DNA of 64,000 nucleotides, taken from Candidatus Altiarchaeales archaeon ex4484_2. GTDB lineage: Archaea; Altiarchaeota; Altiarchaeia; IMC4; QMZM01. The notes under the pieces are model-generated. The model had not been told where the DNA came from. It did not search any database and saw nothing but the letters and a program-made list of their open reading frames with translations. This document shows, in pieces, positions 20,032 to 29,270 of this stretch; the first letter of the stretch is position 1, and the number at the start of each line of letters is the position of its first letter. Both the position numbers and the translations under genes were made by a program. Location: the NCBI GenBank assembly GCA_002254565.1, contig NJEG01000003.1:102-64101 (forward strand), written 5' to 3'.

Positions 20032-21078
20032 TTATAGTACTATGCTCACGTCTCTTTCCAGGAGTGCCATCTCCTTTGAGGATAAGGCATCAGGATTTAG
20101 GGGGATGATAAACCTGGATGAGTTCACCCCAATCTTGTCCACAAGACCCTGTATGAGATGTAATACCTGATCAAAGTTGGAGTGGGTTATAAGATACTCT
20201 ATCCCGTCAAGAAGGATTACCGTCTCCCCCTTCGGATTTTTTTCCAGGAAATCCGTGATTAAGGCGAAAACCCTCTCCGGTTCGGGCGAGACTGAATTCG
20301 AGTCTGTGATGGAATCAGTCAGCCAATAGTAGGATATGTTGATTAAATCCTGCTGCCCTACCACATCCTTCGGGTTCATGCGGGATATGTACAGGCCATG
20401 GAGGTCGGTAGATGAGACCTCGTTAAAAAACAACTTCGTGCTTTTATCAGGCCTGTATTCTCTGATAATGTATGTCTTACCTGGCTTTAAATCCATAGTA
20501 GCAGGCTCAACAACCCCCTCCTCAAAAGCCTCCTTAATGCCACCTTTCCTTATCCCCTCAAGCGTCTTTATCAAGTCTCCGACCTCAGGGCTGAATCCAG
20601 TCCTGATCCTTATGGAAGGCGCGCCCTTGACCGAGATACGCAGTTTTCCAGTTAAAGAAAAAACAAACTGTGTGAGCTGGTACAGTCCAAGAACCGCTAA
20701 AATCGTGGCTAAAAAAAGCAAGGTCTGCTGTGGGGTTGATATGGACAGCAGAGGAGTTAATTCTGGAATGTTTTGGTTGAGGAAATCAAAGGTTGAGTTC
20801 ATGAGAGAGGGATTGTAGAATGCATACACTGCAGCAGCCAGTAGAACAACCCCCTTGATTATTTTATTCCACGCGATATAGGTGTGGTGCTCTATGTTGC
20901 GTATATCATCATAGAAGACGGGTATGAAAGACTTGGGGAATCTCTTTAAACAAAGCAGTCTCTCGTTTGTAAGGACAACCCCTGTGTTACCAACATTAAA
21001 TGACTTCAAAGGTTTTTCATTCCCCATAAGATATCTTCCGAATTCCTCTCTCAGATTCTGTCTTTCGTCGTTTTCCAT
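20032..21078 (-). CDS. DUF835-family membrane protein.
   Basis: Two TM helices, then the C-terminal pattern GLYISRMNP...YYWLT...VILLDGIEYLITHSNFDQVLHLIQGLVD...IIPLNPDAL, which is typical of DUF835. Confidence 0.75.
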   Translation of the reverse strand: MENDERQNLREEFGRYLMGNEKPLKSFNVGNTGVVLTNERLLCLKRFPKSFIPVFYDDIRNIEHHTYIAWNKIIKGVVLLAAAVYAFYNPSLMNSTFDFLNQNIPELTPLLSISTPQQTLLFLATILAVLGLYQLTQFVFSLTGKLRISVKGAPSIRIRTGFSPEVGDLIKTLEGIRKGGIKEAFEEGVVEPATMDLKPGKTYIIREYRPDKSTKLFFNEVSSTDLHGLYISRMNPKDVVGQQDLINISYYWLTDSITDSNSVSPEPERVFALITDFLEKNPKGETVILLDGIEYLITHSNFDQVLHLIQGLVDKIGVNSSRFIIPLNPDALSSKEMALLERDVSIVL

Positions 21079-21090
21079 TTAAACCTGTAA

Positions 21091-21126
21091 TTAAATATTT
21101 ATAAGCTATAGATAAATAATTATATG
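21091..21126. promoter_or_regulatory. Divergent AT-rich promoter region with two TATA-like boxes, lying between the DUF835 gene and the V4R gene.
   Basis: ttaaatatttataag and gataaataattatatg lie in the 67-bp gap between divergent start codons. Confidence 0.35.
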
Positions 21127-21145
21127 TGTTTCTGAGATAATTTGA

Positions 21146-21571
21146 ATGGAATCCATACAACTTGAAAGGGAGGAGATACTGGAAATCAAGAAGCTTATTA
21201 ACTCAATACTCGGTAAATCCGCAAGGGGGTTGTTCTACTCTATTGGACAGATTATAGGTAGAAACATAGCAAAAAAAGCGATGAACAAGAACAGGGAGAA
21301 ATACTTTAATAAAGCAGGCGATATAATCCTAAAAAGAAACATAGCTGAATTCATATCATTTGAGGGGGATGTAATAACAACCAAAAACTGTGTTGAAGTA
21401 CTGGATGAGAAAAAAATCGCTTCCGACGCAAACAAATGTCATATAATGAGGGGATTGATAGTCGCACTATATGAAGTCTATCAAAACAAGAAAAGATACT
21501 GTGAAGAGCTAGAATGCCAGTCCCTGGGGGCTGAGAGATGCGTTTTTAAAATAGAGAAGGAGGCGTTTTAG
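21146..21571 (+). CDS. V4R (4-vinyl reductase) domain protein.
   Basis: The C-terminal pattern C-H-x-x-x-G...E-L-E-C-x-x-x-G-x-x-x-C-V-F-K-I is typical of V4R small-molecule binding domains. Confidence 0.65.
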   Translation: MESIQLEREEILEIKKLINSILGKSARGLFYSIGQIIGRNIAKKAMNKNREKYFNKAGDIILKRNIAEFISFEGDVITTKNCVEVLDEKKIASDANKCHIMRGLIVALYEVYQNKKRYCEELECQSLGAERCVFKIEKEAF

Positions 21572-22246
21572 ATGGAAAGAATCGAATCAGGCATCCTTGG
21601 ACTGGATAAGATGATTGATGGAGGGTTCCCTTTGCCCTCAGTAATACTCGTAGGCGGGGAGCCTGGAACAGGTAAAAGCACCTTCGGGATGGAAAGCCTC
21701 TTCTATGGAGCAGAAAAAGGTGAGATAGGGCTCTACTTATCCGCTGTCTCGGAGCCTCCATGGGTTATGCAATCCTTCCTCTCTGAATTTGGGTTCTATA
21801 ACCAAAAGCTGGTTGATATAAAAAAGCTTGTCTTCGTGGACTTAGGTGAGAAACTCAACAGCGGAGGGGGGGTCGTCTTGAAGGAGATACAAAAGAATGT
21901 GGAACTGTATTCCCCAAAGAGGATATTCATCGACCCGATAACAGCAATACAGACCATGCTGGAGAGCGAAATGAAATACAGGAAATTCCTCCATGAACTG
22001 ATACTGTACCTGAAAGGGCAGGGATGTGTCACCTTCATTACAACAGAATACTCCTACAGGCAGGTTTCAACCTCCATGGACGCCTTCATGTCTGATTCCG
22101 TGATAATGCTCTCTTATCTGGAGCTGGAGAACTCAAGGAAAAAATACTTGGAGGTCCTGAAGATGAGGGGCACAAACCATCTCACAGGTAAGCGCTCTCT
22201 GGTAATAGATAATAGCGGCATGAGAGTCCAGCCAGAGTTCAGATAG
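21572..22246 (+). CDS. Single-domain KaiC/RadA-like RecA-superfamily ATPase.
   Basis: GILGLDKMIDGGFP...VGGEPGTGKSTF (Walker A) and RIFIDPIT (Walker B). Its start abuts the V4R stop codon. Confidence 0.8.
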   Translation: MERIESGILGLDKMIDGGFPLPSVILVGGEPGTGKSTFGMESLFYGAEKGEIGLYLSAVSEPPWVMQSFLSEFGFYNQKLVDIKKLVFVDLGEKLNSGGGVVLKEIQKNVELYSPKRIFIDPITAIQTMLESEMKYRKFLHELILYLKGQGCVTFITTEYSYRQVSTSMDAFMSDSVIMLSYLELENSRKKYLEVLKMRGTNHLTGKRSLVIDNSGMRVQPEFR

Positions 22247-22247
22247 T

Positions 22248-23024
22248 CTATAATAAGACAACCTTTATGTTCTCTCTTTTATGTCTACTGGACTCAACCC
22301 TTTCCTGAATCCCCCTTATGACTTTTTTCTCCCCGTCAATTTTCGCTGAAACCTGCTCTAAAGTTAGGCCCTCATCCACTAAAAGTTTTAGCATCCCGTC
22401 TATGAGCTCATAGCCTGCGCCTAATTCTGCTTCATCGGTTTGGCCCCTCCATAACCCAGCAGAGGGTTTCTTTACTATAAAATGTTTAGGGAGTTCCAGG
22501 TATTCAGCCAGCCTGTAGACCTGGGTCTTGTATAAGGCCCCAATTGGTTCCAGATCCGCTGCCCCGTCGCCGAATTTAGTCACATAACCAAGGAGAAGCT
22601 CTGACCTGTTACTGGTTCCCAAAACAATCCTCTCATCCAGGTTCGCCACCAGATAGGAGTAAATCATCCTCAGCCTCGGCTTGATGTTCGCCTCAGAAAT
22701 CCTAAGGTTTCTTTTATCGAATGCATCCCATGGGAAGGATTCTCTTACGGAATCAAAGGCCTTGTTTAACTCAATCAGGGAATATTTCACACCAAGCTCC
22801 TCAACCAGCTTAACAGCATCCTCTGTATCCTCCTTTAGGGTAATCCCCTTCTCGGGTATGATAAGGGCGTATGTGTCAGTTCCAGACAAAACAGAAAGCT
22901 TCAACACCACAGCCGAGTCCACTCCGCCGGATACTGCAACCACAACACCTTGCAAGCCGCTGTCTGCCACAACAGACAGGATGGCTTCCTTAATCCTCTC
23001 CGCGATTTCTTCCATGTTATTCAC
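22248..23024 (-). CDS. nadE: NH3-dependent NAD+ synthetase.
   Basis: PP-loop VAVSGGVDSAV. Size and C-terminal pattern fit NadE. Confidence 0.9.
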   Translation of the reverse strand: MNNMEEIAERIKEAILSVVADSGLQGVVVAVSGGVDSAVVLKLSVLSGTDTYALIIPEKGITLKEDTEDAVKLVEELGVKYSLIELNKAFDSVRESFPWDAFDKRNLRISEANIKPRLRMIYSYLVANLDERIVLGTSNRSELLLGYVTKFGDGAADLEPIGALYKTQVYRLAEYLELPKHFIVKKPSAGLWRGQTDEAELGAGYELIDGMLKLLVDEGLTLEQVSAKIDGEKKVIRGIQERVESSRHKRENIKVVLL

Positions 23025-23436
23025 CCATAATCTGCAGTATAATCTCCCTCTCCCTCTCCCTGGTATCGAAGTTCACTGCCGTAATCTGCTGCCAGGTCCC
23101 CAGCATAAGTTTACCGTCAACGAAGGGCACAACCAGGGAGGGGCCCATCAGGGTGGCCCTGACATGACTCCTGCCGTTATCGTCGCCCCACGTCTTATGG
23201 TGCTCGTAGTCTATGCCAGCGGGGGCTATCCGCTCCATGGCCCGGGGGAAATCCTTCAACAAGCCAGGCTCGTATTCTATAGTGCTCACGGAGCCTGTAG
23301 CGCCTGGGATGAATACTGTTACGGTACCCTTACCCAACCCCGACCCCTTCACCTTCTCCTCCACCTGTCCGGTTATGTCAGCCATGCCCCCGTCAGCTGA
23401 AATCCTCACCATAAATTTCTCGGTTTTAACAGCCAT
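23017..23436 (-). CDS. YjbQ/UPF0047 family protein (secondary thiamine-phosphate synthase-like).
   Basis: About 139 aa, with the pattern ...DITGQV...GTVTVFIPGATGSV...EYEPG...H...GPSLVVPF..GKL.LGTWQ. Confidence 0.8.
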   Translation of the reverse strand: MAVKTEKFMVRISADGGMADITGQVEEKVKGSGLGKGTVTVFIPGATGSVSTIEYEPGLLKDFPRAMERIAPAGIDYEHHKTWGDDNGRSHVRATLMGPSLVVPFVDGKLMLGTWQQITAVNFDTREREREIILQIMGE

Positions 23437-23441
23437 CTTAT

Positions 23442-24974
23442 TTATTTAATATCAACCAGTCTTTTAATGAACCTCATCCTTTTCTCTATACCAGCTTTCT
23501 CCTTCTTCGCCCCCCTATGGAATCTTCCTGTGATGTAGAGCAGTAGCGCTAACACGGGGAAAATCTCCAGCCTGCCAGCAATCATCTGCAGTATCAAGAC
23601 AATCTTCACCGTCAACGGCTGAATAGCCAGGTTTGTTCCCGCCAGTCCGCTCATGGCCAAGGACTGCGCAGACAAGAGAAGAGCCTGCATGGGATCTATA
23701 TGGTGTAGTATCAAAACAAAAAACCCGCCAGTGATAAAGAGAGTATATAAAAAGAAAAACAAGGTGATCATGTCCAAATCCCTATCGCTCCATATCTTGC
23801 CCCCCGCCTTCAATGGGATTATAGCAGACTCGGGGAGAGATGACTTTTTTATGGACCAATGTATTGCCTTCAACATAACCGCGAACCGGATGATCTTTAT
23901 TCCACCGCCTGTTGAGCCAGAGCATGCTCCGATAACGAGTATCAGGAAAATAAGGAGCATCCCCGCATTCCCTACTGCCTCCAAACCCTCACCGTGCAGT
24001 ATGTTACCGCTGTCGTATCCTGTGGTCGTTAGAATTGAAACCACACCCAGCGTAGTCTGAAATATCCTATCTACCGTTAAATCCATACCCTCAAGCCACA
24101 ACAGAGAGCTGAAGAGGAACACGGACATGAACAGGATTATGAAAAGGGTTCTTATCTCAATGTTGTTGAAGAATCTCTTGAGTTTCCCACTTAGAAGGAA
24201 GTGATGGAGGGTGAAGGGTGTTGCAGCAATCAACATAACCAGCATCATAATAAACTGGCCGCTATCATTCACCACAATAGAGTTTGCCTTAAACACGGAG
24301 CCAATAAACCCTCCGGTGGCTATGGCGCTTAATACTGCACAAGATGAATGGAATAAATTCAGATCAGAGAAAACCCAGAGCAGTATAATCCCCACCAGGG
24401 TGTAGAAGAGGTAAATCCTTAAAATGATTTGTGCTGTGTGCTCTACTGAGGGAGTGACCCTCTCTATTCCCTCAGCTGTCTGGTAGAGGTAGACGGATGA
24501 CATACTCCCTTTCGCTAGAATCGAGAGGAATAGGACTATTATTCCCAGGCCGCCAAGCCACTCTGACATAGTCCTCTTGAAGACCAGTGAGTGATAGTTT
24601 ATTGAACCTGAAGTGTACGCCTCCTGCGGCAAAACAGTCAACCCGGTTGTTGTGTAGGAGGAAACGCTCTCGAAAAATCCGTCAACGAACACCTCAACAA
24701 TGTTGCCCTGAAACATGCTGAAGAAAGGGAAGGCCCCGAAGAAAGAGATGCAGATTAATACCATAGACGAGAGGAGCATAGCATCACCAAAATCCAAACC
24801 CATTGGAGGATATCTTGTAAGGATTAAACCCGCGATTAGGGGTAGTATTACACCCAACAAAAAAATAGAGCAGGGTTCATGATAGAACAAGGCCACCAGA
24901 ATGGGCAGTATAGACAGTAAACCCTCTACTATGAGAAACACCCCCAGGTACCAGAGAATGTTTTTGACGTTCAT
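23442..24974 (-). CDS. trkH: Trk/Ktr-type potassium uptake membrane subunit.
   Basis: 510 aa, polytopic, with repeated pore-loop-like TTTG[LY] and TGGF motifs. Confidence 0.85.
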   Translation of the reverse strand: MNVKNILWYLGVFLIVEGLLSILPILVALFYHEPCSIFLLGVILPLIAGLILTRYPPMGLDFGDAMLLSSMVLICISFFGAFPFFSMFQGNIVEVFVDGFFESVSSYTTTGLTVLPQEAYTSGSINYHSLVFKRTMSEWLGGLGIIVLFLSILAKGSMSSVYLYQTAEGIERVTPSVEHTAQIILRIYLFYTLVGIILLWVFSDLNLFHSSCAVLSAIATGGFIGSVFKANSIVVNDSGQFIMMLVMLIAATPFTLHHFLLSGKLKRFFNNIEIRTLFIILFMSVFLFSSLLWLEGMDLTVDRIFQTTLGVVSILTTTGYDSGNILHGEGLEAVGNAGMLLIFLILVIGACSGSTGGGIKIIRFAVMLKAIHWSIKKSSLPESAIIPLKAGGKIWSDRDLDMITLFFFLYTLFITGGFFVLILHHIDPMQALLLSAQSLAMSGLAGTNLAIQPLTVKIVLILQMIAGRLEIFPVLALLLYITGRFHRGAKKEKAGIEKRMRFIKRLVDIK

Positions 24975-25015
24975 CAGTTAATGAATAAGACCTTTATGGC
25001 ATTAATACTTTCCCA

Positions 25016-26392
25016 TCATCTGATTTTCTCTCTTAGGAGTTTTATCACCACATCAGCATCAGCTCTGTGCTTCATCTCCTTCATAACCTGGCCCATAAGG
25101 TAGTTTAGGATCTCCTTTTTACCGTTTCTGTAGGCATCCACAGGATTGGGGTTGTCGCCTATGACCTTGTCCACCACCTCATCTAACACGTCAACCCCCG
25201 AAACCCGCCCCAAGGATTCCTCCTTTACAACCCTCTGCGGATTTTCCCCTGAATCAATAACCCGCTCCAATAGCTTCTTCCCTGTTTCCTCGGTTATGGT
25301 TTGTTTTTTAACCAGATTTATTAATTCAACCAGCATCCTGGGTTCAAGTTTTGAGTCACTTAGATTGATGCTCCTATAGTTCAGTTGCCTCAACACCTCC
25401 CCACAAATCCAGACGGCAGCTGTTTTCGGGTCAACCTCCAGAACAGAAACCTCCTGATAGAAGTCTGATAACTCCTTATCCCGGGTAAGGGTTTTCGCAT
25501 ACTTTTCCGGTATCCCGTATTCCTCCATGAACCTCTTCCTTATGGTCTGTGGAGTCTCAGGTAATTTGATGGAGTAGATGAATTCTTCCTTGAACAGCAG
25601 GGGGGGTATATCAGGATCAGGTATGTATCGATAGTCGTCAGCTGTTTCCTTAATCCTCAGTGGCATGGTTATCATGGATTTCTCGTTGAATTCCCTGGTT
25701 TCCTGCCTTACCTCAGAGCCTCTCTTCCGCATGTTATTTTGTCTTATTATCTCGTATTTGATGGCCTTGTATGCTCCCCTGACGGAGTTGACGTTTTTTA
25801 TCTCCACCCTGGAGCCCCCTGCTAGGGAGATGTTCACGTCCGCTCTCAGAACACCTCCTACGTCAATAATCCTGCCAGTATACTTTAACAGGTTCATTAA
25901 TTCCCTGAGGAAGCTTCTGGCTTCCTGCGGCGAGTTCATATCGGGTGCTGTTACGATTTCAACCAACGCGACTCCAGAACGGTTGTAGTCCACCCTCCCA
26001 GTGGATAGATCATACCTGCCGGGGTCTTCCTCCATGTGCAGCTCCCATATACCCACCTCCCCAAGCCTCCCGTTCTCGCCTAACGGCTCAGATGTCCTCT
26101 GGTAGCCTGAAGGCAGATCCGGGTAATCATAGTGTTTCCTTTTCACATAAATGTTCTCTTTTACCATCTCGCACTCCAAAAGCCGGGCTATTACCACAGC
26201 CGAATCAAGGGCTTTCTGGTTTATGGGATAGGGCTTGGAGCCCGGCATTCCCGTGCACACCGGGCAGACGTTGACGTTAGGCTCCCGAGTCTCATAGTAG
26301 TTTGTGGGGCAGTCACAGAACAGCTTCTGTTCTGTCTTAATGGGAACGTGTATCTCTAAACCAATCCTGACCCCTAAATCAGATTCCATCAT
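25016..26392 (-). CDS. gatB: Aspartyl/glutamyl-tRNA amidotransferase subunit B.
   Basis: N-terminal GLEIHVPIKTEQKLFCDCP...VCPVCTGMPG. C-terminal YqeY-like tail LMGQVMKEMKHRADADVV. Confidence 0.9.
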   Translation of the reverse strand: MMESDLGVRIGLEIHVPIKTEQKLFCDCPTNYYETREPNVNVCPVCTGMPGSKPYPINQKALDSAVVIARLLECEMVKENIYVKRKHYDYPDLPSGYQRTSEPLGENGRLGEVGIWELHMEEDPGRYDLSTGRVDYNRSGVALVEIVTAPDMNSPQEARSFLRELMNLLKYTGRIIDVGGVLRADVNISLAGGSRVEIKNVNSVRGAYKAIKYEIIRQNNMRKRGSEVRQETREFNEKSMITMPLRIKETADDYRYIPDPDIPPLLFKEEFIYSIKLPETPQTIRKRFMEEYGIPEKYAKTLTRDKELSDFYQEVSVLEVDPKTAAVWICGEVLRQLNYRSINLSDSKLEPRMLVELINLVKKQTITEETGKKLLERVIDSGENPQRVVKEESLGRVSGVDVLDEVVDKVIGDNPNPVDAYRNGKKEILNYLMGQVMKEMKHRADADVVIKLLREKIR

Positions 26393-26510
26393 TTCCTCCT
26401 TTAAAGTAACTGTTTCTTTAGGTCAAACCTTTCTTTACAAAGAAAGGGTTGAATCCCGACCCCTAAATCAGATTCCATCATTTCCTCCTTTAAAGTAACT
26501 GTTTCTTTAG
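26363..26510 (-). repeat. Direct duplication (2 x 59 bp, period 89 bp, 1 mismatch) of the gatB ribosome-binding site plus its first 8 codons, with a short palindrome between the copies.
   Basis: Copies at 26363-26421 and 26452-26510. Palindrome cctttcttt/aaagaaagg at 26428-26447. Confidence 0.9.
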
Positions 26511-26573
26511 CTTTCAGGTTTTTTTCACTCATCTTATTAGATTAGGAGGGTAAATTCTTATTTACTATGGAAA

Positions 26574-27536
26574 ATGCTTTTATTATTTAGTTTATCTGGG
26601 GAACATCCTCGTCTGCCTGAGGCTGAGGTTAAGGCTGTTTTGGAGGGGGAAGGCTTGGAGTATAGCGTTTTCTTTAGGGATGAGGAGGAAAGGATTCTTG
26701 TCTTGGATGTTAAATCAGGGGATCATGTTTTTGTTAACCGGCTGTCTTTGACCAGGAAAGCGGGCATTGTTGCTTCATTAAGCAGTGATCTGGAGCAGGT
26801 ATCGGATGAAGTTTTTGAGGTGATCAGGGGTTCTGGTTCTTTCGCGGTGAGATGCAGCGAGAAAGATATCAGGGAAGATTTAGGTCAGTTGCTTGCAGGG
26901 AGGGGGCTTGTTGTTGACTTAGATAATCCTGAGAGGGAGGTTTATTGTATAAACGTGGGGGGTAGATTGTTTTCCTGCATTAATCTGGCACTTGACCGGG
27001 ATTTCAGAGACCGGATCCCAAAAAGAAGGCCATTCTTCCATCCAACTTCACTCCACCCGAAGACAGCAAGACTGCTGGTGAACCTGGCGAGGGTTAAGGG
27101 GGGGGATGCGGTATTAGATCCATTCTGTGGTACTGGAGGCATTCTCATAGAAGCGGGTTTGATGGGTTTACAGGTCAGGGGGTTTGACGTGGATGGGATG
27201 ATGGTTGCAGGTTGCCAGAGGAATCTTGGATTCTATGGCCTTGAGGGGGAGGTGGATGAGAGAAATGCTCTCGAGCTCGATAACATGGAGGTTGATGCTA
27301 TAGTCTCTGATTTACCATACGGCCGCTCTTCCTATTTGACAGACAGGAACCTGGATTCATTCTACCGGAGGTTCATGAATAAGTCCTCCGAGCTTGTGAG
27401 GAAGGAGGGGTACATTGTCTGCGTCCTCCCCATGGACCTGGATGTTGATATAAAAAATCTTGCGCTCTTGGATAGATTCGAGATATACATCCACAAGAGC
27501 CTTACTAGAAGGGTTTACGTGTTCAGGAGGGTGTAG
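26574..27536 (+). CDS. tRNA (guanine10-N2)-methyltransferase, Trm-G10/Trm11 type (THUMP plus Rossmann methyltransferase).
   Basis: DPFCGTGGILIEAG SAM motif and SDLPYG catalytic motif. The N-terminal half is THUMP-like. Confidence 0.8.
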   Translation: MLLLFSLSGEHPRLPEAEVKAVLEGEGLEYSVFFRDEEERILVLDVKSGDHVFVNRLSLTRKAGIVASLSSDLEQVSDEVFEVIRGSGSFAVRCSEKDIREDLGQLLAGRGLVVDLDNPEREVYCINVGGRLFSCINLALDRDFRDRIPKRRPFFHPTSLHPKTARLLVNLARVKGGDAVLDPFCGTGGILIEAGLMGLQVRGFDVDGMMVAGCQRNLGFYGLEGEVDERNALELDNMEVDAIVSDLPYGRSSYLTDRNLDSFYRRFMNKSSELVRKEGYIVCVLPMDLDVDIKNLALLDRFEIYIHKSLTRRVYVFRRV

Positions 27537-27582
27537 GGTTTTTAATCGCTTATTTATAAATAGATATAAGCAGGTGATTGAA

Positions 27583-29262
27583 GTGAAAGGAGCTGAAGCT
27601 ATCATAAGGAGCCTGGAGGAGGAGGGAGTTGAACATATGTTCGGAATCCTTGGGGGATCTATCATGGAGGTCTATGACGTTCTCTATGATCGGGGACCAC
27701 AGCATATATTGATGAGACACGAGCAGTGTGCTGCTCACGCGGCGGAGGGATACGCCAGGGTTTCAGGCAAGGTTGGGGTGTGCATGGCCACATCCGGCCC
27801 GGGAGCAACAAACCTTGTAACAGGTATAGCAGATGCTCACCTTGACTCCGCACCCATTGTAGCCCTAACAGGCCAGGTCCCAAACCCTCTGATAGGAAAC
27901 GACGCCTTCCAGGAGACTGATATTATCGGCATAACCATGCCCATAACCAAACACAACTTCCAGATAACAGACGCCGACGACATACCTGAAACCATAAAGG
28001 CCGCCTTCAAGATAGCAGGCACTAGGAGGCCTGGACCTGTATTGGTTGATTTACCCAAGGATATACAGCAGAACAGGCTGAAAAAGAAATTCAGATACCC
28101 CAAGGATTTAAGGTTACCCGGTTATAAAGAAATGAAGAGCGGAGGGCATGCTAGACAGATTAAGCAGGCATCTGAGGCATTGATGAACGCTGAGAGACCT
28201 GTTATGTTGATTGGAGGAGGTGTTGCTATAGCAGACGCCAGTTCCGAGGTCATGAAGTTAAGCGCATCCCTGAATATCCCCGTAGCATCTACCCTGATGA
28301 GTAAGGGGTGTTTCCCGGAAGACCACCCCCTGTCTTTGGGGATGACCGGCATGCACGGGAGGGAGGCAGCTAATCTGGCTATCTCTAAATGTGATGTGTT
28401 GTTCAGCATAGGATGCAGATTCAGTGACAGGATTACCGGGGGAATAGAATACTTCGCTCCAGAAGCCACAGTAATCCATATAGACATCGACCCCTCGGAG
28501 ATAGGGAAAAACGTTGACGTTGATATACCTATTGTAGGGGATGCGAAGCTGGTTTTGGAGAACATAATCAAGACAGTGGGTAAGCTGAAGACGAAAAAAA
28601 GGACTGGTTGGGGAAAGAGGATAAAGGAATACAAGAAGGAGCATGCTCCAGTGTACGACTATGATAGCAAGCCTATTAAACCGCAGAGTGTCATGAAGGA
28701 AATCAACAGGTTAATCAATGACAAGACCATCATAACCACGGAGGTGGGCCAGTGCCAGATGTGGGCCGCCCACTACCTGAACATGAAGCATCCAAGGACC
28801 TTTATTTCCTCCGGTGGCTTGGGCACCATGGGCTCTGGATTCCCGTTTGCTATAGGTGCTAAGGTAGCTAAACCAGACTGCGAGGTTATTGACGTAGCCT
28901 CCGACGGCAGCTTCCTTATGACAGGCAATGACCTGGCAACCTGTGTGGAGGAGAACATACCTGTTATTGTGGCATTGCTGAATAACAGATACCTGGGAAT
29001 GGTGAAACAGTGGCAGGATTTGTTCTATGAGAAAAGAAGAAGCCATACCTCCCTGGGTGAGGTTCCGGACTTCGTGAAGTACGCTAAATCCTTTAACGCG
29101 GGAGGTATTAGAATAGAAAAAACCTCCGAGATAGCTGATGCATTCAAGGAGGCGCTGGGAGCTGATATTCCCTACGTACTGGACTTCCACATAGACCCTG
29201 ACGAGCACGTGCTCCCCATGATGCTCCCAGGAGGAAAACCACACGAGATGATAGATAGGTAG
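27583..29262 (+). CDS. ilvB: Acetolactate synthase large subunit (ThDP-dependent).
   Basis: KGAEAIIRSLEEEGVEHMFGILGG..., GPGATNLVTGIADA, and ThDP motif GLGTMGSGFPFAIGAK...DGSFLM...NN. I chose the GTG start at 27583, preceded by aggtga. The tracked 27460 start overlaps the upstream gene. Confidence 0.9.
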   Translation: MKGAEAIIRSLEEEGVEHMFGILGGSIMEVYDVLYDRGPQHILMRHEQCAAHAAEGYARVSGKVGVCMATSGPGATNLVTGIADAHLDSAPIVALTGQVPNPLIGNDAFQETDIIGITMPITKHNFQITDADDIPETIKAAFKIAGTRRPGPVLVDLPKDIQQNRLKKKFRYPKDLRLPGYKEMKSGGHARQIKQASEALMNAERPVMLIGGGVAIADASSEVMKLSASLNIPVASTLMSKGCFPEDHPLSLGMTGMHGREAANLAISKCDVLFSIGCRFSDRITGGIEYFAPEATVIHIDIDPSEIGKNVDVDIPIVGDAKLVLENIIKTVGKLKTKKRTGWGKRIKEYKKEHAPVYDYDSKPIKPQSVMKEINRLINDKTIITTEVGQCQMWAAHYLNMKHPRTFISSGGLGTMGSGFPFAIGAKVAKPDCEVIDVASDGSFLMTGNDLATCVEENIPVIVALLNNRYLGMVKQWQDLFYEKRRSHTSLGEVPDFVKYAKSFNAGGIRIEKTSEIADAFKEALGADIPYVLDFHIDPDEHVLPMMLPGGKPHEMIDR

Positions 29263-29270
29263 GTGATATA

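Noticed and set aside
26363-26510. The direct repeats here and at 38138-38394 as possible CRISPR arrays.
   Set aside because: There are only two copies each. They overlap coding or start-codon sequence, and no cas genes or regular repeat-spacer structure are present.
27460-27582. The upstream extension of the ilvB ORF as tracked (start at 27460).
   Set aside because: The extension overlaps the 3' end of the Trm-G10 gene and has no ALS-like sequence. A GTG at 27583 with an aggtga SD-like motif gives the canonical KGAEAI N-terminus.
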